From Candidatus Latescibacterota bacterium (GTDB taxonomy: Bacteria > Latescibacterota > UBA2968 > UBA8231), in NCBI GenBank assembly GCA_965215195.1, contig CBDCDC010000001.1:832001-896000 (forward strand): 64,000 nucleotides of DNA, in the 5' to 3' direction. Each line of letters starts with the position of its first letter. The stretch's first letter is position 1. The notes under the pieces were generated by a model. It was not told where the DNA came from and made no database searches. It saw only the letters and a list, made by a program, of their open reading frames with translations. Below, in pieces: positions 48,082 to 56,944 of the stretch. The translations under genes were made by a program, and so were the position numbers.

Positions 48082-48996
48082 ATGTCCACTGCCCACATTG
48101 CCCGCGCCCTCTCCACACTGGACGAGCCTTTCGTGCGCTACAAGATCCGCCTCAACGTCTCGGCCCGCCCGCCCCGCGAGCGCGAGATTGGCATTCTCCG
48201 CGACGAGATCCGCGAATCGGTCTTGGTCCGCACCCTGTTGGCCGAGTTGGATGCTACCGGCCGCATCCCCCTCTCGCCGCACCACCGCTGGCGCGGTGCC
48301 CATTGGGTGCTCTACATGCTGGCCGACCTAGGCTCCGCACCCGGCGACCAAAGCCTGTGGGCCTTGCGCGACCAAGCCGGCGAGTGGCTTTGGGCTCCCA
48401 ATCGCCCCGAGCCGATCAGCGGCGCAATTGAGGGCAATGCCCTGTACTACTTGCTCTTCCTCGAGATCGACGATGGCCGCGCCGACGCCTTGGCCCAGCG
48501 CCTCGCGGGCCGCTTGCCCAAGGCGTTGGGCCGCAGTCCGGCGGCCTTCGGCCAAGCGCTCACCGCCCTGCGCGGGCTCGCCCTGCACACCCGCCTCCGC
48601 GCCGCCCGCGCTTCTGGCGAGGCTGCCGCCCGCCTCGCCGAGCACTTGCTCACCCACCGTCTCTACCAAAAGCCCGATGGCTGCCCCTTGAGCGCGGACT
48701 GCGCCTCGTTGCACTATCCCTGCTACGAGCACTGCGACTTCCTCTTTGCCCTCAAGGTCATGGCCGAAGCCGGCCACCTAACCGACGCGCGTTGCCGCGC
48801 TGCGCTCGACCTGCTCAAGTCCAAGCAACTCCCCGACGGCAGTTTCCCGGCCGAGCGCAAACACTACCGACTCGGGCGCGTCGGCAAGGGCGATGACTCG
48901 CTCGTCAATTGGGGCCGGCCCAACCGCAGCCGGCCCAACCTCCACGTCACCTGCGACGCGCTCGGCGTGCTCCACGCTGCGGGCGAGCAGTTTTGA
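48082..48996 (+). CDS. Hypothetical protein, terpene-cyclase/prenyltransferase-like alpha-toroid family
   Basis: KW-like HRWRGAHW, LHYPCY..DFL.AL, KQLPDGSF (QxxDGxW-like). Confidence 0.55.
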   Translation: MSTAHIARALSTLDEPFVRYKIRLNVSARPPREREIGILRDEIRESVLVRTLLAELDATGRIPLSPHHRWRGAHWVLYMLADLGSAPGDQSLWALRDQAGEWLWAPNRPEPISGAIEGNALYYLLFLEIDDGRADALAQRLAGRLPKALGRSPAAFGQALTALRGLALHTRLRAARASGEAAARLAEHLLTHRLYQKPDGCPLSADCASLHYPCYEHCDFLFALKVMAEAGHLTDARCRAALDLLKSKQLPDGSFPAERKHYRLGRVGKGDDSLVNWGRPNRSRPNLHVTCDALGVLHAAGEQF

Positions 48997-49053
48997 GAGC
49001 CGCCGCAAAATGCCGATATTGTACAACATCCGCCGCTTCACAGGTTTGCTACC

Positions 49054-50010
49054 ATGCGCTCTTTGCTGTTGTTCCTCGCCCTCGCCCTTGCCGGCTGCTA
49101 CGCGACCTCGCTCGCGCCCGATCCCCTCGGCCACTTTGCCGCGCGCACCGACCACCTCCACCGCCTAGAGCCGCTCGGCGAGCGCATCTTGCACGGGGCC
49201 GCGCTCAGCTTTGGGCCGCTCGACGCGGAAGAACGCACGCGCCCGCTCGTCTATGCCGTGTACTACGAGCTCCACGACCTGCCCTACGACTGGCATCTGG
49301 CGTTGCGCACCCATCTGGACCAGTACGCAGGTTACGGTCTGCCGCAAATCGACCTTGGTTTCAGCGCTGCCGGCCAGCCCTATGAGGCGGCCATTGCCGA
49401 GGGCCAGCTCGACGAGGCGATTGAGCGGCTCTGCTGGGGGTTGCAGCAGCTAGACCGCCCGGTTCTGCTGCGGTTGGGCTATGCGTTCAATAGCTCTTGG
49501 CGCGCCTATGAGGCGATGAGCTACACCGAGGCTTGGCGGAGGATAGCGCAAACGCTGCGGGGTCGCTGGGGCTTGGACCATGTTGCGCTAGTATGGACGC
49601 AGAAGGCCGATGGCGGCTCTGATTACTTGGCCTACTATCCGGGGGATGAGTACGTGGATTGGTGGTCAATTGACGTGGCCGCGCCGCAAGATCTGCGCCG
49701 CAGCCGCGCCTTTATCGAGGCGGCGCAGGAGCGCGGCTACCCGGTGCTCGTCGGCGTGGTCACGCCGGTTACTACTGATCTAGGCCAAGCCGAGCAGGCG
49801 TGGCCCCATTGGTTCGTCCCGTTCCTCCGCTTCTTGCGCCACCATTCCAACATCAAGGCATTTACCTATATAAACTGGGACTGGTCGCAGGCGCAGCGCT
49901 TTGTCGACCCCGTGCTCTTTGCGCGCTACCGCAGCGAGTTGATGAACCCGATTTACCAACACGCGGCCTCACCCGCCGATTTGCGCTGGCACCTAAACCT
50001 CGATCCCTAG
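49054..50010 (+). CDS. GH26-like lipoprotein, apparently lacking its catalytic glutamates
   Basis: Lipobox LAGC, PVLLRLGYAFN, YYPGDEYVDW, IKAFTYINWDW. Confidence 0.7.
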   Translation: MRSLLLFLALALAGCYATSLAPDPLGHFAARTDHLHRLEPLGERILHGAALSFGPLDAEERTRPLVYAVYYELHDLPYDWHLALRTHLDQYAGYGLPQIDLGFSAAGQPYEAAIAEGQLDEAIERLCWGLQQLDRPVLLRLGYAFNSSWRAYEAMSYTEAWRRIAQTLRGRWGLDHVALVWTQKADGGSDYLAYYPGDEYVDWWSIDVAAPQDLRRSRAFIEAAQERGYPVLVGVVTPVTTDLGQAEQAWPHWFVPFLRFLRHHSNIKAFTYINWDWSQAQRFVDPVLFARYRSELMNPIYQHAASPADLRWHLNLDP

Positions 50011-50031
50011 CTTAGAGAAAGGACCCGACCG

Positions 50032-50910
50032 ATGGATAAAGTCGATGTTCACGTTCACGTCTTCGATTTGCCGAGCGAGCGGTTCCCCCGCGAGTTGAGC
50101 AGCCTCGCGCCCGCCGACCGCGCCTGCCCCATAGAGGCGCTCATAGCCGACATGGATGCTTCGGGCATTGACCGCGCCGTGCTGATCGAAATGAACGGCA
50201 CCCAGCTCAAACAGCACGCCTATGTCGCGCACTGCGTGCGGACGTGGCCCGACCGCTTTACGGCTACCGGCTTGATCGACCTCGACGACCCGGATCCGCC
50301 CGCTCGCCTGCGCGAGCTCGTGGCCGCCACCGGCATTGAGGGGATCCGGCTGGGGGCGTTGGGCGACCCGGCCGCACAGCGGGCCGAGGACCTGTCGGCG
50401 TACGCGCTCTTCGAGTGTGCAGACGAGCTGGGGCTCAACATCAACATCTACACCGGCGCAGCCCAACTCCCTTGCATCGAGCTGCTGGCCGCGGCCTTTC
50501 CCGGCGTGCGCATTTCCCTCGACCATCTCGGGGTGATGCCGACCACGTCCGGCGGATCGGACCGCTGGGGCCGCCCCCGCTTTGACGCCGAGCCGCTGCC
50601 GCCGGCCAACTATCCGCAAGTGATGGCGCTATCCCGCTTCCCCAACGTCTATGTCAAAATCTCAGGGGAGTACGCGTTTTCCAAGCAGCCTTGGCCTTAC
50701 GGGGACATGCAGCAGATGGTCGAGGATGTGTATCGGGCCTACGGCGCGGATCGCATGATGTGGTGTACGGATTCGCCGTGGATAGTAGTGGAGCCGGGGT
50801 ATCAGAAGCTGGTGGATTTGCTCGACTGCCATCTGCCGGATCTTTCCGCAGCGGAAAAAGAGCTGATTATGGGCGGGACGGCGCTCAAGCTGTGGTTTAG
50901 GGGGCGCTAG
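50032..50910 (+). CDS. Amidohydrolase_2 family protein
   Basis: DVHVH, LDHLG, VYVKISG, RMMWCTDSP. Confidence 0.88.
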   Translation: MDKVDVHVHVFDLPSERFPRELSSLAPADRACPIEALIADMDASGIDRAVLIEMNGTQLKQHAYVAHCVRTWPDRFTATGLIDLDDPDPPARLRELVAATGIEGIRLGALGDPAAQRAEDLSAYALFECADELGLNINIYTGAAQLPCIELLAAAFPGVRISLDHLGVMPTTSGGSDRWGRPRFDAEPLPPANYPQVMALSRFPNVYVKISGEYAFSKQPWPYGDMQQMVEDVYRAYGADRMMWCTDSPWIVVEPGYQKLVDLLDCHLPDLSAAEKELIMGGTALKLWFRGR

Positions 50911-51350
50911 CGCATGGCAAAAATAGGTCGTGGGTCGCTTTGAATTTTTTGGGACGTTCTGCCTCTTTATCCGGGGACTGCAATTTCAAATATCCCTTGA
51001 TTTATTCACGTAGCGACCATAGAATACAAGGCCGTGAGATGTTGTGTTTGTCTTTTACAGCGCATGGCGCACCGAATACACCACCGATTCTCGACCTGCT
51101 AAAAATGTTACGTAAGTCATTAAAAACAATAGTTTACCCCCCCCCTCGAAATTCTGCTCAAGCACTGAAGCACTAGATTCCCTACTGCTCAAGCACTGGC
51201 GACGGATCCCAAGCGGCCGTTTGGCGATCCGTCCCACCCCTTGCCGCATGCTGCCCGTGCGGCACTCGTCTGTACGCCGTGGCCATCGTCTGCCATGGCG
51301 GCCGGTTCCTGCACCTGATTCCTCAAACCTTTTATAGAAAGAGGCGAACA

Positions 51351-53129
51351 ATGCCTTTATGGAAGCGAATAAACGCCCTGCTAGTCGTCGTTTTAGGCGT
51401 AGTGGCCTGTTCCGATCCGCCGGTTGCGCCGGCACCGGCGGGCAAAGCCCTCGGGCAGGCCGAAGTCGATAGCACGCAGTCGGACGCTGCAACCGATAGC
51501 CCCGCGCCCGCCATCGTCTCGTTTGCCGATGCCAACTTAGAGCTTGCGGTGCGGCGGACGCTGAACAAGCCCGAAGGCCGGCTGACCGCCGACGATCTGG
51601 CGTCCCTGACCAAGCTCGACGTAGAATGGCAAGACGTCTCAGGCATTGAGAGCTTGGCCGGCCTCGAACACGCGACAGTGCTGGACACGCTGAACCTGTG
51701 GGGCAACCAGATTGCGGATTTGAGTCCGTTGTCGGGCTTGACCAGCCTGACCCACCTGAACCTTGGGCACAATCAGGTGGTGGATGTGGGTGCGTTGTCG
51801 GGCTTGACCAATTTGAAATGGCTGAGTCTGTGGGGCAACGAAGTGGCGGATCTGAGTCCGTTGTCGGGGTTGACGAAGCTGACGTACCTGAACTTGTGGG
51901 GCAACCAGATTGAAGCGGTGAGTGCGTTGTCGGGGTTGACGAAGCTGACCTCGTTGGACTTGGGGCACAACGCGGTGGCGGATGTGGGTCCGTTGGATGG
52001 CCTGACCCGGCTGGACTGGTTGGGCTTGGTGGACAATCTCATTCGCCAAGGGGACCTCGCCGAACAGGTGCCCACCTTGATAGAGCAGGACGTCAAGGTC
52101 TCCGTCGTCCTGCCGAACCCGCAACCACCCCCGGCCCCGGCTCCACCCCCGGCCCCGGTAGTCGTCTCGTTCGCCGACGCCAACTTAGAGGGTGCGGTGC
52201 GGCAGGCACTGGATAAACCGACAGGTGCGCTCACATCCGAGGATCTGGCGTCCCTAACGCGGCTTGAAGCAAGCAATCTAAACATTGAGAGCTTGGCCGG
52301 CCTCGAACACGCGACGGCGCTGGTTGAGCTGGACTTAGAGCACAACGCGGCTCTTGCGGATGTGAGTCCGTTGGCGAGCCTGACCAAGTTGGAAACGCTG
52401 CATCTGAGTAACACGTCCATTGGGAATTCGGGGGGGGTTGAGTTGGCGAGCCTGACCAACTTGCAAGCGCTGCATCTGAATGGCACGTCCATTACGGATG
52501 CGGGGGTGGCTGAGTTGGCGAGCCTGACCAACTTGCAAGCGCTGCATCTGAATGGCACGTCCATTACGGATGCGGGGGTGGCTTCGCTGGCGAGCCTGAC
52601 CAAGTTGGAAAGGCTTAGTCTGAATAGCACGTCCATTACGGATGCGGGAGTGGCTGAGTTGGCGAGCCTGACCAACTTGAAAAGGCTTAGTCTGAATAGC
52701 ACGTCCATTACGGATGCGGGGGTGGCTTCGCTGGCGAGCCTGACCAAGTTGGAAACGCTGCATCTGGCTTCCACGTCCATTGGGGATGCGGGGGTGGCTT
52801 CGTTGGCGAGCCTGACCAACTTGCAAGTGCTGTATCTAAATAACACGTCCATTGGGGATGCGGGGGTGGCTTCGCTATTGAGTCTGACCAAGTTGAAAAC
52901 CCTGTACCTGAGTGGCACGTCCATTGGGGATGCGGGGGTGGCTTCGCTGTCGAGCCTGACCAAGTTGGAAACGCTGTATCTGAGTAACACGTCCATTACG
53001 GATGTGAGTCCGTTGCTCAGCCTGACCAACTTGAAAACGCTGGGTCTGAGGGGCGCCACCCTCAGTGCCGCGTCAATCAACACACACATCCCCGCCCTCG
53101 AAGCAGCAGGCGTTAGGGTCATCCGATAA
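51351..53129 (+). CDS. Internalin-like leucine-rich-repeat lipoprotein with two cap+LRR modules
   Basis: Lipobox VVAC, two FADANLE.AVR caps, 22-aa then 24-aa LRR arrays, Pro-rich linker. Confidence 0.9.
   Translation: MPLWKRINALLVVVLGVVACSDPPVAPAPAGKALGQAEVDSTQSDAATDSPAPAIVSFADANLELAVRRTLNKPEGRLTADDLASLTKLDVEWQDVSGIESLAGLEHATVLDTLNLWGNQIADLSPLSGLTSLTHLNLGHNQVVDVGALSGLTNLKWLSLWGNEVADLSPLSGLTKLTYLNLWGNQIEAVSALSGLTKLTSLDLGHNAVADVGPLDGLTRLDWLGLVDNLIRQGDLAEQVPTLIEQDVKVSVVLPNPQPPPAPAPPPAPVVVSFADANLEGAVRQALDKPTGALTSEDLASLTRLEASNLNIESLAGLEHATALVELDLEHNAALADVSPLASLTKLETLHLSNTSIGNSGGVELASLTNLQALHLNGTSITDAGVAELASLTNLQALHLNGTSITDAGVASLASLTKLERLSLNSTSITDAGVAELASLTNLKRLSLNSTSITDAGVASLASLTKLETLHLASTSIGDAGVASLASLTNLQVLYLNNTSIGDAGVASLLSLTKLKTLYLSGTSIGDAGVASLSSLTKLETLYLSNTSITDVSPLLSLTNLKTLGLRGATLSAASINTHIPALEAAGVRVIR
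52371..53050. repeat. 72-bp tandem repeat (eight 24-aa LRR units plus flanking degenerate units)
   Basis: TTGGCGAGCCTGACCAA...ACGTCCATT...GATGCGGGGGTGGCT recurring every 72 bp. Confidence 0.9.
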
Positions 53130-53249
53130 TGAAAACCTTCATTGCCGTTTGCTGCGCCGCTTGCTGCGCGATACCAGCGGGTCAAGGGTATTACAATCGC
53201 GGCGCGGAGCAGGGTTTACCGAGGCAGACCCATTAGGGCAGCCGTATAG

Positions 53250-55658
53250 CTACCACTCCAGCATCGTCTGCACGGCCATGCCCGCGCCGTCAATCCGCAC
53301 TCGCACCGCGCCGGTGTGGTCGGTGCGCAGCACGCGCGCCCCGTGCGCTGCGTAGCGCACGACGACTTCGGGGGCCGGGTGCTTGAACTTGTTGCCCTCC
53401 CCCAGCGACATCACCGCCACTGCGGGCGCGACCGCTTGAATAAAAAGCGGCTGCGACGAGGTGCGCGAGCCGTGGTGAGCCACCTTGAGCAATTGTGCCT
53501 GCAGCCGCAAGCCCCAAGCGAGGATCGCTGGATCGGTCTCTTGCTCTACGTCGCCGGTAAAGAGCACTCGCATTGCTCCGTGCTGCAAGCTAAAGGCCAC
53601 CGAGCCGTTGTTGGGGCCAAAAGGGGCGTTGCCATCTGCATCGACAAAGTCCGCAGTCGGATGCAGGACCAGCCCGGCGACCCCGCCCAAGCCCGCCAAG
53701 CTGTCGCCCGCCGCGACTCGGTGGTAGCGCACGCCCCGCTCGGCGATGAGTTCCCGCAGCCGCCGCGCCGTCCACGAGTCATAGGCTTGCCCGCTGTCGA
53801 GAAAGTGGCCGACTTCCATTTGCTCCAACAGGGCTACCAGTCCGCCGATGTGGTCGTTGTGCGGATGCGAGGCCACGACGACATCGACCTGCCGGACGCC
53901 CATGTAGCGCAAGAAAGGCAGCAGCACCTGTTCGCCGCAGTCGAAGTATTCGCTGCGCTCGCCGCCATCGACGACCATGGTTTTGCCGTTGGGGAAGCGC
54001 ACAAACGCCGCGTCGCCTTGGCCCACGTCTAAAAAGACGATCTCTAGGTCGCGGGCGCGGAGCGCGTAAGTCCACATCGCAACGTTGAGCCAGACAAGTG
54101 CCGCGAAAATGGCGGCTTTGCGCGCCCACGCCCTGTCGGGCAGGAGCGGGCCGAGCAGACAGAGCGCGGCGGCCACGGCCACGAAGAGCACCCCCGGGCG
54201 CGGCACGGTCACGGACGCAAAGGGCAGCGAGGCCCACCACGAGACCAGCTCGATCAGCCCCACGAGGACCAAGTAATTGGCGGCGTTGAACGCAGTGGCG
54301 ACCCAAGGCAAAATCCAACCGGTCAACGCGGCCAGCAGACCCAAGCCCACGGCGAGTGCCAAGAGCGGCACTACCACTATATTGGCCACTACGGCCCCCA
54401 ACGCTAGCTGCTGAAAGGAATGGGCGATCAAAGGCCCGGTGCCGAGCTGGGCCGCCAGCGAGGCGCACAGCGGGCTGACGACCCAGCGGCCGACTCGGCT
54501 ATCGGCGCGTTGATAGGCTGCGGGGAAAAGCGAGGCGAGCGGCCCGTGCAAGGCCACGATGGCCCACGTCGCGCCAAAGGAGAGCTGGAAGCTCAGGCTC
54601 CACGGACTCTCCGGCCATAGTACCAAGATCGCTAGCGCCGCCAGCCCCAAGGTGTTGTAGATGTCGCCCTGCCGCCTGAGCACCCGCCCCAACAGCACCA
54701 CCGTCCCCATCAGCACCGCCCGCACCACCGGCACTTGCGCCCCGGTTACAAGGGCATAGAGCGCCAGCGCGGCGATGGTGGCTGCCGAACTCGGCCGGTC
54801 GGCGAGCCGCAGGAGCCGGAATCCGAAGAAGAAGAACCCGCCCACCAAGCCGACGTGGAGGCCGCTGACCACTAGGGCGTGCGCCAGCCCGGTGCTGCGA
54901 AATGCAGCGCGCACTTCCTCGGGAATCCGCTGCTTCTCTCCCAAGAGTACGCCCAACAGCAGTCCGGCCGGTGCTCCTGCGAGGTTGCGCTCAATGCTCT
55001 GGCGCACGGCGCGTCTGACGGGCAGCACCACGCCCTCGTACAGCCAGTGCCCGGGCAAGCGCTCTACGGACGCGATCTGCTCGGGTTTGCCCACGAAAAG
55101 CGTGCCGTAGATATCCTGCTGGGCTAAAAAAGCCCGGTAGTCGAAGGTGCCAGGATTCCGCAGCGCACGGGGTCGTTGCAACTTCCCGCGCAGGGATACG
55201 CGGTCGCCGTAATCGGCTGGCCAGCTCACGTCTTTTACCGTGACTAGCACCCGCCCGCTCAAGTGGTAGACGGCGCTGTCGGCGACCACCTGTTCCAGCG
55301 CTACGATAAAGCGCACTCGCTCGTCGCTGCGCTCCGGCTCTTGGACGATGTGACCGGTGACTACGCCGCGCTGGCCAAAGACCTCGAGCGCGACTAGGTG
55401 TGGCAAAGGGGACAGAGCTGTGTCGATGTGGTAACGCAGTGCGCCTAACAGAACGACGACGCCCCACAGCATCCAACCCGTCCAACGCGCCTTGCGATAG
55501 AAGCCGGCGGCCGCGCCGACAAGCGCCAAGCCACTCAGGAGCGCCGCTGTAACCAAGCCCATATCCACGGTCCGCCCCAAGAAAATGCCGACCCCGAATC
55601 CGAGGGCCGTCCACAGCGCGGGCCGCTGGCGCGTCTTTTTGCTCGCCGACATACCCAA
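53250..55658 (-). CDS. comEC: DNA uptake channel ComEC/Rec2
   Basis: HALVVSGLHVG, SFQLSF, LDVGQGD, SHPHNDHIGG, KVAHHGS, RTD..GAV. Confidence 0.95.
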   Translation of the reverse strand: MGMSASKKTRQRPALWTALGFGVGIFLGRTVDMGLVTAALLSGLALVGAAAGFYRKARWTGWMLWGVVVLLGALRYHIDTALSPLPHLVALEVFGQRGVVTGHIVQEPERSDERVRFIVALEQVVADSAVYHLSGRVLVTVKDVSWPADYGDRVSLRGKLQRPRALRNPGTFDYRAFLAQQDIYGTLFVGKPEQIASVERLPGHWLYEGVVLPVRRAVRQSIERNLAGAPAGLLLGVLLGEKQRIPEEVRAAFRSTGLAHALVVSGLHVGLVGGFFFFGFRLLRLADRPSSAATIAALALYALVTGAQVPVVRAVLMGTVVLLGRVLRRQGDIYNTLGLAALAILVLWPESPWSLSFQLSFGATWAIVALHGPLASLFPAAYQRADSRVGRWVVSPLCASLAAQLGTGPLIAHSFQQLALGAVVANIVVVPLLALAVGLGLLAALTGWILPWVATAFNAANYLVLVGLIELVSWWASLPFASVTVPRPGVLFVAVAAALCLLGPLLPDRAWARKAAIFAALVWLNVAMWTYALRARDLEIVFLDVGQGDAAFVRFPNGKTMVVDGGERSEYFDCGEQVLLPFLRYMGVRQVDVVVASHPHNDHIGGLVALLEQMEVGHFLDSGQAYDSWTARRLRELIAERGVRYHRVAAGDSLAGLGGVAGLVLHPTADFVDADGNAPFGPNNGSVAFSLQHGAMRVLFTGDVEQETDPAILAWGLRLQAQLLKVAHHGSRTSSQPLFIQAVAPAVAVMSLGEGNKFKHPAPEVVVRYAAHGARVLRTDHTGAVRVRIDGAGMAVQTMLEW

Positions 55659-55765
55659 TCCAACGGCAAAAATCGTTCCACTTCGACAAAAGCGGCGGGC
55701 GCGTCTATATTCAAAACCTAGGCTATCGCACTTTGACCTCAGCCTTAGAGACGGAGGTTCAAACT

Positions 55766-55978
55766 ATGAAGAAGGCGATTGTCTCTCGTAATCCGGCGGT
55801 TATGAGCGACACCTTAGTTTTTGCCGGAACCCGCGTTCCCGTTGAAGTTTTGATTCAGCATATTGTCGCGGGGGACTCGCTCGACAAATTCCTTGAAGAC
55901 TTTCCCACGGTATCACGTGAACAAGCCGTCGCCTATCTAGAGATGACGCTGGAAGTAGCGGATGCGCGTGCTGCTTGA
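55766..55978 (+). CDS. DUF433 family antitoxin
   Basis: P.VMS...VFAGTRVPV...FLEDFPTV. GGAGG RBS. Confidence 0.85.
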   Translation: MKKAIVSRNPAVMSDTLVFAGTRVPVEVLIQHIVAGDSLDKFLEDFPTVSREQAVAYLEMTLEVADARAA

Positions 55979-56033
55979 CGAGAATATACCGTTCAAGCTG
56001 AGGCGACTTTTTGAAGGGAAAGGAGAATGGAGC
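55962..56033 (+). pseudogene. N-terminal stub of a DUF5615/VapC45-type PIN toxin, running in frame into yhbY
   Basis: MRVLLDENIP start overlapping the DUF433 stop. Homology ends after about 17 codons. Confidence 0.7.
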
Positions 56034-56345
56034 ATGACAGACTCCGCACCTATGCTCCGCGGCAAGGACCGCCGCTACTTACGCGGCTTGGGCAACGCCC
56101 TGCGCCCGACCGTGTACTTGGGCAAAGAGGGCCTTTCCGCTGCCGTTATCCGCTCGCTCAACCAAGCCTACGCCAACAGCGAGTTGGTCAAGGTGCGCTG
56201 CGAGCGCAACAGTCCCCTCGACCGCCGCAAAGCCGGCGAGCAGCTTGCCGCCGCTACCGGGTCCCACCTAGTGCAGGTCTTGGGCAACACCCTGCTCCTC
56301 TACCGCCCCGACCCGGACGAGCCGCAAATCGCGCTGCCCGAATAG
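56034..56345 (+). CDS. yhbY: CRM-domain RNA-binding protein YhbY
   Basis: RYLR.LG..L.P.V.LGKEG, ELVKV, VQVLG.TLLLYR. Confidence 0.9.
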   Translation: MTDSAPMLRGKDRRYLRGLGNALRPTVYLGKEGLSAAVIRSLNQAYANSELVKVRCERNSPLDRRKAGEQLAAATGSHLVQVLGNTLLLYRPDPDEPQIALPE

Positions 56346-56421
56346 GGACGCAGGCTTTCGTTGAGAAGCGAGACCAGCCTGCCCATACTCACTTGTGAAA
56401 ACTTGCAACAGGAAGACTATC

Positions 56422-56628
56422 ATGCTCAATATCAAGCCGAAATATGTTGTCAATGAAAAGGGACGAAAAACAGCAACCGTTCTGTCGATGGAAGATTATC
56501 GCTCTTTGATACAACGATTTCAGGATTTAGAAGATGCTTTAGACCTAGATAGAGCGGTTGAAACGGCAACCGACTTTCGGGAATACACCGCAATACGCGA
56601 AGAAATAAAAAAAGAAGGAAAACTTTGA
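56422..56628 (+). CDS. Antitoxin (RelB/Phd-like) upstream of relE
   Basis: YVVNEKGRKTATVLSMEDY...LED..D pattern, acidic tail, AT-rich. Confidence 0.7.
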   Translation: MLNIKPKYVVNEKGRKTATVLSMEDYRSLIQRFQDLEDALDLDRAVETATDFREYTAIREEIKKEGKL

Positions 56629-56636
56629 CCGATGCG

Positions 56637-56900
56637 ATGGCTTACACCATCCATTTGGAACGTTGTGCTGAACGAGAATTTCGTAGGCTGCCACGAGAAA
56701 CTATCAGACGCATCGATGCTGTATTACTTCAATTGGCAAGTACTCCACGTCCAGATGGCGTCGTTAAACTTTCGGGTCGGACGGCTTCTGGTTGGCGGGT
56801 TGGGGTGGGGGAGTACCGCATCCTCTAGCAAATAGATGACGGCAAGAACCGCGTTGATGTTTATCGAATAAAACATCGTCGGGAAGCCTACCGTCAATAA
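56637..56900 (+). pseudogene. relE: RelE/ParE family toxin with in-frame amber stop at 56826-56828
   Basis: PRPDGVVKLSG...GEYRIL*QIDD...VYRIKHRREAYRQ*. Confidence 0.8.
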
Positions 56901-56944
56901 CAAATTGTCGCTGGGCGACTTTTCGCGGCGGTCGAAATTGCCGC

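Noticed and set aside
52371-53050. Regular repeats as a possible CRISPR array
   Set aside because: In-frame 72-bp coding repeats with no unique spacers and no cas genes.
51773-53185. 470-aa antisense repetitive ORF
   Set aside because: Mirror of the LRR gene's tandem repeats. The plus strand has the lipobox and LRR consensus.
56826-56828. Amber recoding (pyrrolysine or alternative code) in relE
   Set aside because: TAG terminates many intact genes in this window, so a nonsense mutation is the simpler explanation.
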